In this document: positions 25,983 to 35,347 of the stretch, piece after piece
Layout of the letters: each line of letters starts with the position of its first letter
Numbering within the stretch: the first letter of the stretch is position 1
NCBI GenBank assembly: GCA_051382295.1
Contig: JBBCAW010000083.1
Span: 1-38,328 of the forward strand
Source of the DNA: Bdellovibrionota bacterium FG-1
GTDB lineage: Bacteria > Bdellovibrionota > UBA1018
Direction of reading: 5' to 3'
Length of the DNA: 38,328 bases
Program-made: the position numbers and the translations under genes
Notes under the pieces: generated by a model
Database searches by the model: none
Told to the model about the DNA's origin: nothing
What the model saw: the letters and a program-made list of their open reading frames with translations, nothing else

Positions 25983-27620
25983 ATGTCTGATGCTATTTTT
26001 CGTGCCCCCACGCCGATCAACGAACCCGTTCGCGCCTATTCGCCTTTAGAGCCGACGGGTCAGGCCCAGCGCGCGAGCCTCAAGACTACTTTGGATCGCA
26101 TGGCTTCGGAGCGAATCGAAATCCCTTGTATGATCGGCGGTAAGGAAGTTCGGACGGGCAATAAACGCAAGTCCATCATGCCCCATGCTCACGGCGAAGT
26201 TTTAGCTGAGTTTCATATTGCAGGTGCCGCTGAAATGCAATTAGCCGTCGAGGCTGCTCTCAAGGCAAAGCCGCAATGGGAAGCGCTTCCTTGGCAGGAT
26301 CGGGCTGCGGTGTTTTTGAAGGCGGCGGATCTTTTGGCTGGCCCTTACCGCGATATCCTGAATGCCGCGACCATGTTGGGGCAGAGTAAAAATCTTTTCC
26401 AGGCCGAAATCGATGCCGCTTGTGAATTAATCGATTTTTTGCGGTTTAACGTTCATTTTTATGAACAAATCCTGCAACAGCAGCCCATGAGTTCACCCGG
26501 GGTTTGGAATCGCACTGAGTATCGCCCGCTCGAAGGCTTCGTTCTCGCGATTACGCCGTTTAACTTCACTGCGATTGCCGGTAATTTGTGTGCGGCCCCG
26601 GCGTTAGCGGGGAACGTCGTCGTTTGGAAACCTTCGAATACGCAGATGCTTTCGGCCTATTACATTATGAAGCTTTTCAAAGAAGCGGGCCTACCTGATG
26701 GCGTGATCAATATGATCCCTTCGGAAGGCGCCACAGTTGGAAAAGTCTTGGTTCCTCATCGAGATTTGGCCGGCGTGCACTTTACGGGCTCTACTGGGAT
26801 TTTTCAGGGAATTTGGAAAACTGCCGGAGAAAACATCGCCAACTATCGTTCGTATCCTAGGCTGGTGGGCGAAACGGGCGGCAAAGATTTTGTGTTTGCG
26901 CACCCTTCGGCCGATGTGGATGCTCTGGCCACCGCGCTGGTGCGGGGATCTTTTGAGTATCAGGGGCAGAAATGTTCCGCGGCCTCGCGCGCCTATCTCC
27001 CTAAGAGCCTTTGGAAGAAGGTCGAAGAGCGGATGAGTGCTGATCTCAAATCCATGAAAATGGGGGATGTTCGCGATTTTGGTAATTTCGTGAACGCCGT
27101 GATCGACGAGCGATCTTTCAAAAATATTTCCGGATATCTCCAGCATGCCAAGGAATCCGCTGATGCTAAAATCGTCATCGGTGGCAAGGCCGATAGCTCA
27201 AAAGGTTATTTTGTCGAGCCCACCGTGATCTTGGCTGAACGTCCGGGCTATAAGAGCATGGTCGAGGAGATCTTTGGTCCCGTGCTGAGTTGTTATGTGT
27301 ATGACGATAACAAACTTGAAGAGGCGCTGGGTATCTGCGACGAAAGCAGTCCCTATGCTTTGACCGGCGCTATTTTCTCGCAAGATCGGCAAGCGATCAC
27401 GATGATGAGCGCGCGGTTACGAAATGCCGCTGGCAATTTTTATATCAACGACAAGCCCACGGGCGCGGTCGTGGGGCAGCAGCCTTTCGGGGGGGCACGC
27501 GCAAGTGGCACCAACGACAAGGCCGGAAGCGCCCTTAATCTTTATCGCTGGGTCTCGGCACGCACGATCAAAGAAACGTTCGTACCTCCGAAGGATTATC
27601 GCTATCCGTATTTAGGGTAA
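25983..27620 (+). CDS. pruA: L-glutamate gamma-semialdehyde (P5C) dehydrogenase
   Basis: NEPV, EIDAACELIDFLRFN, TPFNFTAI, FTGST, GETGGK, EYQGQKCSA, EEIFGP, QPFGGARASGTNDKAG. Confidence 0.96.
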   Translation: MSDAIFRAPTPINEPVRAYSPLEPTGQAQRASLKTTLDRMASERIEIPCMIGGKEVRTGNKRKSIMPHAHGEVLAEFHIAGAAEMQLAVEAALKAKPQWEALPWQDRAAVFLKAADLLAGPYRDILNAATMLGQSKNLFQAEIDAACELIDFLRFNVHFYEQILQQQPMSSPGVWNRTEYRPLEGFVLAITPFNFTAIAGNLCAAPALAGNVVVWKPSNTQMLSAYYIMKLFKEAGLPDGVINMIPSEGATVGKVLVPHRDLAGVHFTGSTGIFQGIWKTAGENIANYRSYPRLVGETGGKDFVFAHPSADVDALATALVRGSFEYQGQKCSAASRAYLPKSLWKKVEERMSADLKSMKMGDVRDFGNFVNAVIDERSFKNISGYLQHAKESADAKIVIGGKADSSKGYFVEPTVILAERPGYKSMVEEIFGPVLSCYVYDDNKLEEALGICDESSPYALTGAIFSQDRQAITMMSARLRNAAGNFYINDKPTGAVVGQQPFGGARASGTNDKAGSALNLYRWVSARTIKETFVPPKDYRYPYLG

Positions 27621-27688
27621 ACGCGGCGGGAGAGTCCACATTTCGGTCGCACACGCTGAAATCGGGACAGCACCAATCGTAAAATCTC

Positions 27689-27748
27689 AAAAAAATGCCC
27701 GGTTCAGTGGCACCGACCTTGCTTTAGTCGATCCCGCCAAATCGGGCA
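27689..27748 (-). terminator. Hairpin plus T7 run: candidate terminator of a minus-strand (antisense) RNA
   Basis: TGCCCGGTT (27696-27704) pairs with AATCGGGCA (27740-27748), with inner TGGC/GCCA and CGAC/GTCG stems; A7 at 27689-27695. Confidence 0.45.
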
Positions 27749-27793
27749 GAGTAGACGGACTTATCTCCAATTCAACAGATTGGAGGTGATTCT

Positions 27794-27934
27794 ATGAAGC
27801 GTAAAAACACTCGCTATTACGCTTTTCGGCTCAAAGTAGAAAAAATGAAGCTAAAATCTTGGCGGCTCTATGTCTTTGCTAAGATTCTGGTTTTTCTACT
27901 GCAACTGCTTGCTGACTGCTTAAGACAAACGTGA
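27794..27934 (+). CDS. 46-aa basic/hydrophobic peptide, candidate type I toxin (absent from the supplied ORF track)
   Basis: MKRKNTRYYAFRLKVEKMKLKSWRLYVFAKILVFLLQLLADCLRQT; strong SD GGAGGTG (27782-27788) inside hairpin 27761-27789. Confidence 0.65.
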   Translation: MKRKNTRYYAFRLKVEKMKLKSWRLYVFAKILVFLLQLLADCLRQT

Positions 27935-28018
27935 GGGGTGCTCTGGGTATAGCATTAACCGGAGTTCTCACGGAAAGAGAGCTGCCCGATTTGGTTCTTT
28001 ATCGTTGTGGTTGCCCGG

Positions 28019-28447
28019 CTACTCGTTACTTACGCTTTCCAGCCATGCGACGTAATCGGCAACTGATACCGCCTCGACCTTGCCCTGAAGTGTTTTCGGA
28101 AAGTCTGCTAGATTCCCAGTGACGAGACATGCGCCCTGTTGAGCAGCGAGCGCGAGAAATACGGCATCGTCCCGGTCTGGAAGGTCTATGTAGTGGGAGA
28201 GTGGTGGATCTGATGGAACGTGTACTGCCTGGCGCAGAAACTCCTCAAACCAAAGTGGCGGAAAGTTCCAGCGCTTGAACTTGGGCCGAGCGAGGACCTC
28301 CCGATATTCCTGCACAATTGTCGGGCAAATGATGGGCGAGATATCTCCTCGTAACGCGTGGATAAGAATCCGCGCAGGCTTAGAGCCAGCTTTAAGTGCC
28401 GCGGAAACGAGAACATTTGTATCAATGACGACGCTTCGGTTGAGCAT
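28019..28447 (-). CDS. PIN-domain toxin (VapC-like), type II TA
   Basis: VVIDTNVLVSA, EYREVL.RPKF, DRDDAVFL, LVTGNLADF; overlaps the upstream antitoxin. Confidence 0.9.
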   Translation of the reverse strand: MLNRSVVIDTNVLVSAALKAGSKPARILIHALRGDISPIICPTIVQEYREVLARPKFKRWNFPPLWFEEFLRQAVHVPSDPPLSHYIDLPDRDDAVFLALAAQQGACLVTGNLADFPKTLQGKVEAVSVADYVAWLESVSNE

Positions 28448-28715
28448 GGGTACTCTTGCGGACGGCACGGACCTCGGCATTGATCTCCTCGTCTGTCATC
28501 CGGTCTAGGCCGGCCTCTCGGGCGAGTTTCCAAGTTTCGGATAGGCTCTCCAGAGCCAGCATTTTCTGAACTTCCTGTTGGATACGTGGGAGCGACTCGG
28601 ATGTAACAGGTATAAGCACACCGACCGGGCCCTTTCGGCTGGTCACAACGACCGGTTCATTGCCGATTGCCTTTCCGCCCTTCTGCTGGAGTTCACGTAA
28701 GCTCTTAGCATTCAT
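28422..28715 (-). CDS. Phd/YefM-like antitoxin
   Basis: SLRELQ...EPVVVTSRKGPVGVLIPV; C-terminal MTDEEINAEVRAVRK; upstream of the PIN gene. Confidence 0.8.
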   Translation of the reverse strand: MNAKSLRELQQKGGKAIGNEPVVVTSRKGPVGVLIPVTSESLPRIQQEVQKMLALESLSETWKLAREAGLDRMTDEEINAEVRAVRKSTHAQPKRRH

Positions 28716-28722
28716 ACGAACG

Positions 28723-28764
28723 ATTGTAAGCGTATTGTCTACATTTGTCAACGGTATGCTTACA
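28723..28764 (-). promoter_or_regulatory. sigma70 promoter and inverted-repeat operator of the Phd-PIN operon
   Basis: TTGACA-N17-TACAAT-N7-ATG; IR TGTAAGCGTA/TATGCTTACA (28725-28734/28755-28764, 9 of 10). Confidence 0.75.
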
Positions 28765-28875
28765 TAATCTTGAGGGGGTGTCCTTGAGAGAATCTTGCTT
28801 GTGATTGTGCTGAGGCTTGTATCGCCATACCTTGGGAAACCTATTTCTGGAATTGCAGGGGGCAGACGCCATAAG

Positions 28876-29484
28876 TTACTCCTTTAGTTTTTCGATCAGG
28901 TATCGAACACGTTCGAAGGCGTCCCGTTGAATAAATTCACGCTCGGCTGCGTCGGTAATTTCTTCAAAGTCAGCAACGAACTTTGGACCGACATGATCGG
29001 CAGAGGCGTCTTTCTCTTTCAGTCTGTCATGAAGGGCCATACCTTTCATGACGAAGAAGGGAACGATCGAAGCCACGCGAATCGAAACGGCGTCATGTCC
29101 GCCATCGGGGAGCGTTCCTTCGATTAGGATCTCTCGGAACATCTCAAATGCCAAATCGCAGCCCCGAGCTTTTCGGGGGCGCACGTCTTGGACCTTTTGG
29201 GTTCTATGGCTCTTTCCGGTGCCTTCGTACTCACCGGCCAAGAGATCAACCTCGACGCTGATTTCGCGACCGTTGACCTAAACCTTGCGGTGGTTCAGTG
29301 CGAGGTCAACGTCCATGCTACCAACATGGGGATCAACGGCGGGCGTGAAAAGGAGTTCTGGCACCCAGCCGCCGATCAGCACAATGTTGTCCCTGTATTG
29401 CCCAAGAACGTGTGTGAGTTCGATGAGCACGGACTTGGCCGCTGTAACAGCATCTTCGTTATAATCAGTTCGTTTAACTACCAT
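28876..29484 (-). pseudogene. AbiEii-like nucleotidyltransferase toxin, inactivated
   Basis: VLIGGW...GSMDVDL NTase motif; in-frame TAG at 29278-29280 with the frame continuing (VEVDLL...MKGMALHDRLKEKDA); the KDxxD motif is cut after KDA. Confidence 0.75.
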
Positions 29485-30533
29485 GACGGTTTGATGACCT
29501 CCGTGAGAATCTGGTAAGCAGCCTCCTCACCGCGACCTCGGAAACCAAGTAGGTCCAGGTAGAGTTGCACTTTGCTGACAACTCTGGGTTGGTCAGAAGC
29601 GCTTTTTCCAAAAAAAACGCCGGAGTCATAAGGGACCAATAGAGTGACGTTCGCCCCGCTCGGGACTTCTTTTAAGCCCAAGCGTGATATAACCTCTTCG
29701 ATTCCTCGCGAGTCGATGTAGGCCATCGCACGTTGATAGCGTCCAATGGACGCCATTCGTGCGGCACCAGAAAATCCAGTCAGGGCGTATGGAAAGTGCT
29801 TTTCTTCGCAAACAGCTGCGATAGCCGACTCGATTTCAGGGAGTGGCTTCATTGAGTAGAAGTCGCGAGCCTCGTTTCGCCGGAAGTTGTAGTTCTCAGA
29901 CCACTCTTTCAGAAGAGCGTCGGGATTCGTTAGCCAAAATCCTCCTGTCGTCGTTCGAATCCACTCGCGGTCGGAGAGAAGTTTCTTCACGTTATGAGCT
30001 TGGCCCAGGCTGATCTCTGCAGCCACCTTGAGCTCTTTGACCTTCCAGGTAAGCTTGGCCTGGTTCAAGAGCGCGCGAAGGGCTCTCTCGGCTTTGGGAG
30101 AGTAGAGCGAGCGCAGGTCGCGCTTTTCCGCGAATGGATTGGGATTGCCTTCTTTTTTGATGAACACCTTGTCGAAGTTGAACAGGCAGTTTCCAGCGAG
30201 ATCAAGATAGCCGATGCCGTGTTGGACGCAGAGTTCGGCTGCCTGCGGGGAGATGTACGGTGCGGCAAGGATCGCATAGCTCTCGGGCGAGTCTTTTAGA
30301 TAGACGAGGAGCTGATTGATCGCCTCTCTCGCAAGCTTTGGCTGACCGCTAGCCTTCGTTTCGATGACTAGCGTCTTTTCTTCTTTGCCGTTTTGGCATC
30401 TGATGACGAGATTCGGCTGCCAGCCGTTTCGCCTTACCGCGGCCTTGACCTTTCTGACTTTGAGAAATGGAATCCCCTCAAGGCAGGCTAGGAGCGCCTG
30501 CTCGGTCTGCCTTGTAACTTCATTCTCTTTCAT
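29478..30533 (-). CDS. Type IV toxin-antitoxin AbiEi-family antitoxin
   Basis: APYISP, GIGYLDLAGNC, HTH (ISLGQAHNVKKLL), YALTGFSGA, GANVTL, QLYLDL....RGEEAA. Confidence 0.85.
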   Translation of the reverse strand: MKENEVTRQTEQALLACLEGIPFLKVRKVKAAVRRNGWQPNLVIRCQNGKEEKTLVIETKASGQPKLAREAINQLLVYLKDSPESYAILAAPYISPQAAELCVQHGIGYLDLAGNCLFNFDKVFIKKEGNPNPFAEKRDLRSLYSPKAERALRALLNQAKLTWKVKELKVAAEISLGQAHNVKKLLSDREWIRTTTGGFWLTNPDALLKEWSENYNFRRNEARDFYSMKPLPEIESAIAAVCEEKHFPYALTGFSGAARMASIGRYQRAMAYIDSRGIEEVISRLGLKEVPSGANVTLLVPYDSGVFFGKSASDQPRVVSKVQLYLDLLGFRGRGEEAAYQILTEVIKPSW

Positions 30534-30544
30534 TCGATTGGCCT

Positions 30545-30636
30545 GTTTCAGCATATGTTGAAACCATGATACCCGCTTTAGTCTATCGGTGAAAGATGTT
30601 TCACTCTTTATGGTACTTTCAACAGATGTTGAAAGT
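30545..30636. promoter_or_regulatory. Paired palindromic operators upstream of AbiEi
   Basis: GTTTCAGCATATGTTGAAAC (30545-30564) and ACTTTCAACAGATGTTGAAAGT (30615-30636); GTGAAA-N4-TTTCAC (30589-30604) between them. Confidence 0.65.
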
Positions 30637-30799
30637 GGTTGTAATTAAGATATTTGCGTAAAATCAACGTGTTGAATCCGCTGTGTAGCGTGTGACTCTG
30701 CGAGTTAATAGTTGGCCCTATATTCGGTCTGACAAATAATGGACTCGTCAATCCACTCCATATCAGTTCTCCGTGTGTACCGGGAGCCACACGTCGAGG

Positions 30800-30824
30800 T
30801 GACACAAAGTTTTCGGGACACTCT
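30800..30824. mobile_element. Possible orphan IS256-family terminal inverted repeat
   Basis: GACACAAAGTTTTCGGGACACTCT resembles IS256-type right ends as I recall them; no partner IR or transposase seen. Confidence 0.3.
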
Positions 30825-30851
30825 ACGACGTAAGGATCAAGGGAAATTTGA

Positions 30852-31028
30852 AATCACCTAGATAAAGATTTAGGTAATACCTTGCGGGATGCGAAAATGC
30901 TTGAGTCCCTGGGTCTTGTTGAACTTAAAAAGCTTTCTGGGAAGCGCGGGGAAAAGCTAAAGCCCATCGCTCTTTATCAGCGGATCATTTTTGAGTGTGA
31001 GCCAAAGAAATTGAGGAAGTTTGGTTGA
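30852..31028 (+). pseudogene. C-terminal remnant of an HVO_A0114-like HTH antitoxin/regulator
   Basis: LDKDLGNTLRDAKMLESLGLVEL...KLKPIALYQRIIF..FG*; in-frame TGA at 30849-30851, N-terminal half missing. Confidence 0.5.
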
Positions 31029-31198
31029 GCCCCCAGCCCGACTTTGGCGAATCAGAAATTCGCAACTGTCCAAAGAATCGACAGCGCTGACGGTCATCCC
31101 GATACGCTTCACTATCATAAAGATCCAATATCAATGAATATCTTCAAGTTTACCGCGCGGCACGCCAGATGCACAGATTGTTACCTCGGGAGAAGCTG

Positions 31199-31906
31199 AT
31201 GATGAGAAGTATGAAAATTCAATTTGGTATTTTGCTCATGACTGGGTCGCTCGGCCTGGTTGCAATCGGGTCTTTTACCGCAGCAGATACTTTTGCCGAT
31301 GCACCATGTGATCCGCCTCAAGTTCGGATCATTGCAAAAGAACCCGATTTTTTCGCCATTGCTGACAAGTTGTCGGGCAAATCATCCATTGCCCCGGCGA
31401 TCCTGCAAGCCTGCCGGGTCGCCAAGGATCGCACACCGCTCCTGGTGATTGTGACACATCCAAATTTCTTGCAGGAATGCCAATCGGTCATGATGGTCTC
31501 TTTGAAGTCGTTGATAGAGAACGCCACACGACCGAATCCTCTCGATCCCATACCCCACGGCGTCCTGCAGGAATATAGCGATGCGGATCTCGATAGATCT
31601 GAGGTTGTGTTTAACTCGCTTAAAAGTCTGATCAAAAACAATGTGACTGAATACGCATTTCGTGAATTGTTCCCTCGCTATGAGTTGGCACCTGCCACGA
31701 CGCAAAATGTTGATCAACTTTTCACCGAACTTTGGGCTGAGCCAGCACCAGGTCTCCCTAAAGCACTCTCAAGCATGAGTCGGATCTATTGCGAGCATTT
31801 CGAGACGCAGACCACGAGTGCGGCGAAATTAGCCCGCTACGTGACCCTGGGAGTTCCCCTTTCGCATGGTCCCGTGCAGACCTTTTGCAGGGTCGAAATG
31901 CGGTAA
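31199..31906 (+). CDS. Secreted hypothetical protein
   Basis: Signal-peptide-like N-terminus, SD-like GGGAG; no recognised family; start could be 31211. Confidence 0.65.
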   Translation: MMRSMKIQFGILLMTGSLGLVAIGSFTAADTFADAPCDPPQVRIIAKEPDFFAIADKLSGKSSIAPAILQACRVAKDRTPLLVIVTHPNFLQECQSVMMVSLKSLIENATRPNPLDPIPHGVLQEYSDADLDRSEVVFNSLKSLIKNNVTEYAFRELFPRYELAPATTQNVDQLFTELWAEPAPGLPKALSSMSRIYCEHFETQTTSAAKLARYVTLGVPLSHGPVQTFCRVEMR

Positions 31907-32055
31907 AAAGCCGTCCAAGTGCGTCAGTAGTCGCTGAGCCACATTTTGGTTGACTCGTGTTAAACAGATATAATTACAAATGGTTGATTATATGCATAGC
32001 GTCATGATATATCACCCACGTCTTCAAAAAAACTATCCGATGGAAACTATCCGGC

Positions 32056-32748
32056 ATGAAATCAGTAATCGTTTTCCTCTCCGTAGCCTGCATGCTCCTG
32101 AGTTCGCTGTCGCAGGCCGCACCTGCGATCTCTTTGATTCCGCTCACCAAAGGTCTCATCGGGGCCCCTTCGGTGCGCGCGCTGCTTGCAAATGAGTCCG
32201 CGAAGGTGTCTGGACCGGATTTTTCGGCTACATCCCCGACCGCCCTACCCGACGCGGCGGCGGCTTTTGGCAATAATCTGCTTTTCTACGCCTTCTTTAA
32301 CACCTATCGCGATCCCGAAAGCGTTCGGGCCTATGCCATTCAGCGTATTCGTAAAACAGCGACGAGCTATCGTTCGGTCACCGATAGCCACCCGGTCGTG
32401 TCGATTGAATACCTAGTCGAGGTGTTCAAGACCCGCAACGGAGCTTTGAAACGCGCCGATGTCCACCATGGCACTTATCCGATTAGCGGATTTTTTAAGC
32501 GGACCGTGGTTAAGGAGCTTGAAGTCGGCACGGGCGAGATTCCTCTGATCGCCGTAGGCAATACCTGGCCTTTTGAACCCAACATTCTTTACAAATTGGT
32601 CCAGGATTATTCTGCCAACCGCGCCGCTTACGATTCCGTCCGTTTCGAGCGTTCCGTTGCGTGGCGGATCGATGCGGAATTCAGTTCAGATGGTCGCTAC
32701 GAAGTGCGTGCGCCTGAGCTTCAAGTCCAGCTCGGTTCCGGGCGCTAA
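32056..32748 (+). CDS. Secreted hypothetical protein
   Basis: Signal peptide MKSVIVFLSVACMLLSSLSQA; 230 aa; no recognised family. Confidence 0.7.
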   Translation: MKSVIVFLSVACMLLSSLSQAAPAISLIPLTKGLIGAPSVRALLANESAKVSGPDFSATSPTALPDAAAAFGNNLLFYAFFNTYRDPESVRAYAIQRIRKTATSYRSVTDSHPVVSIEYLVEVFKTRNGALKRADVHHGTYPISGFFKRTVVKELEVGTGEIPLIAVGNTWPFEPNILYKLVQDYSANRAAYDSVRFERSVAWRIDAEFSSDGRYEVRAPELQVQLGSGR

Positions 32749-32757
32749 CACCCGTTT

Positions 32758-33777
32758 TTACCGCCGCAGTTCTACCTTCCCTTGGCTCGCGAGCGTAAAG
32801 TCCGTGAGTTTATAAAGGAGTCGCGCGCCGACATTCGCGTCCCACTCGTTCTCGCCAGACGAAGCCGGTGCCACTTCGTTGAGGTCAAAACCGATGATGT
32901 TTCGGCCGGATTTGGCGAGCGTGCGGATCAGATAGACCGCTTCGGCAAAATCCAGCCCCCCCGGCACCGGCGTGCCGGTATGCGGACAAAACCGAGGGTC
33001 CAGCCCATCGATATCAAACGAAATCCAGACGTCTTGAGGAAGGTACGAAATGATTTCTTCAGCGGTTTTGCCCCAGTTTTGGCCTTCAAATTTGTGGTGT
33101 TGAAGGTCTCGATCAAAGAAAATTTCTACTCGGCGGCCTTGTGAGGCGCAGTACTCGATTTCTTGCTCACAAACATCGCGAATCCCCACTTGAACCAGTT
33201 TGGTAATCTGCGGAATCCGCGAAAGCGCATTATGCATGATTGAAGCGTGGGACCACTGAAAGCCCTCGTAGGCAATTCGAGTGTCGGAATGCGCATCAAA
33301 ATGCAAAATCCCAAAAGAGGGGTACTTTTCAGCCACCGCTTGAAAGGCCCCAAAGGGAACCGAGTGGTCACCGCCCACGATAGCTGCGATTTTGCCCTTT
33401 TTGAGAATCTTGCGAGTTTCTTCAAAGACAAACACATTGAGTTTTTCGCCCATCGAATTGACGACTTCAATCATTTTTCGAGCTTGGGCCTTGGCTTTGG
33501 CTTCCTCGCTGAGGACGCGAATTTCGGCCGACTCTTTGAGCATAAAGAGCCCCGGCTCATAGGGCTTGGTGACGTCGAGGTCAAAGAGGTCCACTTGCTT
33601 GCTTGCTTTTAAAATCGCAGACGGACCTTCGGAGGTTCCTCCGCCATACGAGGTTGTGGCCTCCCAAGGCACCGGAATAAACACGAGCGATGCCTCGTTT
33701 TCTGTGTGTGGGGCGATTTGAGGTAGGCCAAACACCCCGGAATCGGCATCCGCCGCTGCATTAGGGTCAAAAGTCAT
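32758..33777 (-). CDS. Agmatinase/arginase-family ureohydrolase
   Basis: GGDHS, HFDAHSD, SFDIDGLDP, TGTPVPGG, GFDLNEV. Confidence 0.92.
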   Translation of the reverse strand: MTFDPNAAADADSGVFGLPQIAPHTENEASLVFIPVPWEATTSYGGGTSEGPSAILKASKQVDLFDLDVTKPYEPGLFMLKESAEIRVLSEEAKAKAQARKMIEVVNSMGEKLNVFVFEETRKILKKGKIAAIVGGDHSVPFGAFQAVAEKYPSFGILHFDAHSDTRIAYEGFQWSHASIMHNALSRIPQITKLVQVGIRDVCEQEIEYCASQGRRVEIFFDRDLQHHKFEGQNWGKTAEEIISYLPQDVWISFDIDGLDPRFCPHTGTPVPGGLDFAEAVYLIRTLAKSGRNIIGFDLNEVAPASSGENEWDANVGARLLYKLTDFTLASQGKVELRR

Positions 33778-33827
33778 ACATTTCTGCCTCGATTTAAGTC
33801 CCTGTCTTCTGCTATGACTCCCTGCGT

Positions 33828-34760
33828 ATGCAAGTTCTTCATGGTAGAATGATCCTCGACTGCTCGGCGCTTTTGCCCGGGCCCAGAATCGGCAAAATTC
33901 TTGCACAAAAAGGGGCGCGCGTCCTTAAGCTCGAAAGCCCCTCCAAACCCGATCGCGCGAAGTCCATGGGGCCTTTTTACGATGATCTGAATAGTCTCAA
34001 GGAAATCATCCCGCTCGAATTCGCCCCCGGCGCCGACGGGCGCGCGCGGTTTGAGGAACTCGTTCGCGAGGCCCATGGCTTGATCGAAGGCTTCAGGCCT
34101 GAAACCAAACGCAAGTTGGGGTTGGATGCGGAGACCCTTCATCGTCTTAATCCCAAGCTCTGCATCGTGAGCCTGGTGGGCTATCCTGAAGACGGTCCTT
34201 GGCGTGATCGCGTGGGCCACGACATGAATTTTCAGGCACTGACGGGCTGTTTGTCGATGTTTAATGATCTTCCTGGGTTGCCACTTGCAGATCTTTTTGG
34301 CGCGCACGAGGGCGCTCTCGCCATGGTTTGCGCGATGGACGCGGTTTCACGTGGAGAACCCGGCCGGCGTGTTTGTGTGAGTCTTGCGGAAACGCTCAAA
34401 GAAGTGCAGAGCTCCTCGATTGCGGTCTATCGTGCCACCGGCGAGTCACCGCGCCCCGGAGAGACGTTGTTTTCTGGAAAATTTCCCTGTTACCGCGTCT
34501 ATCGAGCAGGATGTGGCCGGCGGGTTACCGTTGGCGCGATTGAGCCCAAGTTTTGGGAAAAAGTTTGCGAAATTTTAGGAGTTCCGGAACTGGTTTATTC
34601 GGGTTACGCCAGCGACGAAGAAGCCACTCATACGATCGAGGGCATTCAAACGGCATTGGGTGCCAAGCCCTGGTCCCACTGGGCTCCGTTTTTTGAACGC
34701 GCGAATTGTTGCGTTGAGCCCGTTTTAGATTACTCGGAGGCTTATCCCCGTGGCGTATAA
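33828..34760 (+). CDS. CaiB/BaiF CoA-transferase family III protein
   Basis: LLPGP, GARVLKLE, LIEGFRP, SLVGY..DGP, GHDMNFQALTG, GAIEPKFW. Confidence 0.9.
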   Translation: MQVLHGRMILDCSALLPGPRIGKILAQKGARVLKLESPSKPDRAKSMGPFYDDLNSLKEIIPLEFAPGADGRARFEELVREAHGLIEGFRPETKRKLGLDAETLHRLNPKLCIVSLVGYPEDGPWRDRVGHDMNFQALTGCLSMFNDLPGLPLADLFGAHEGALAMVCAMDAVSRGEPGRRVCVSLAETLKEVQSSSIAVYRATGESPRPGETLFSGKFPCYRVYRAGCGRRVTVGAIEPKFWEKVCEILGVPELVYSGYASDEEATHTIEGIQTALGAKPWSHWAPFFERANCCVEPVLDYSEAYPRGV

Positions 34761-35343
34761 CCCCCAAGATTATTATTTTAAGAAAGCAAAAAAAGAAAAT
34801 TACGCGGCCCGCGCGGTTTTTAAAATTCAAGAGATTGATGAAAAGTTCAAAATCTTCAAACCGGGTTACAAGGTCCTTGACCTAGGGGCCGCTCCGGGTT
34901 CATGGACGCAGTATGCCTCACAAAAAGTTCAAGCGCAGGGCCGGATTTTGGGTATTGATTTGGTGCCGATTAAGGTTACCCTTCCGAATGCTCTTTTTAT
35001 TGCGGCGGATATGCGGCAACTCGATTTAGCTGAAACGATGGCTGCCAACGGAATTACGCCTCCCTTTGACGTTGTGCTTTCGGATATGGCGCCCAAGACC
35101 ACGGGCATTCGCGTGACCGATCAAATGCGCTCGTTGGAGCTTTGTGAACTCGCCCTGGCGACTGCCGAGCGCTTCCTTAAGCCGCGCGGAAGTTTCGTGG
35201 CCAAGCTATTTCATAGTGATGAGTTTGAAGGGTTTCGCAATAAGCTGCGCGAACGGTTTGGGCGGGTGGAAGTGTTGAGGCCTCAGAGTACTCGTAAAGA
35301 GAGTAAGGAAATTTTCTTTATTGCCATGATGTACGGAAAATAA
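34750..35343 (+). CDS. rlmE: 23S rRNA Um2552 methyltransferase (RlmE/FtsJ)
   Basis: ARAVFKIQEID, LDLGAAPGSW, VLSDMAP, FVAK, STRKESKE. Confidence 0.94.
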   Translation: MAYNPQDYYFKKAKKENYAARAVFKIQEIDEKFKIFKPGYKVLDLGAAPGSWTQYASQKVQAQGRILGIDLVPIKVTLPNALFIAADMRQLDLAETMAANGITPPFDVVLSDMAPKTTGIRVTDQMRSLELCELALATAERFLKPRGSFVAKLFHSDEFEGFRNKLRERFGRVEVLRPQSTRKESKEIFFIAMMYGK

Positions 35344-35347
35344 GCCG

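Noticed and set aside
29278..29280. In-frame TAG as pyrrolysine or recoding
   Set aside because: TAG is used as a normal stop elsewhere in the window and the gene shows other damage; a nonsense mutation is simpler.
30640..30712. AT-rich stretch ending GACTCTGCGAGTTAA, resembling an att site or IS end
   Set aside because: No partner repeat, recombinase or TSD found in the window.
33774..34307. 177-aa minus-strand ORF and similar short antisense ORFs in the track
   Set aside because: Shadows of well-supported genes on the opposite strand.
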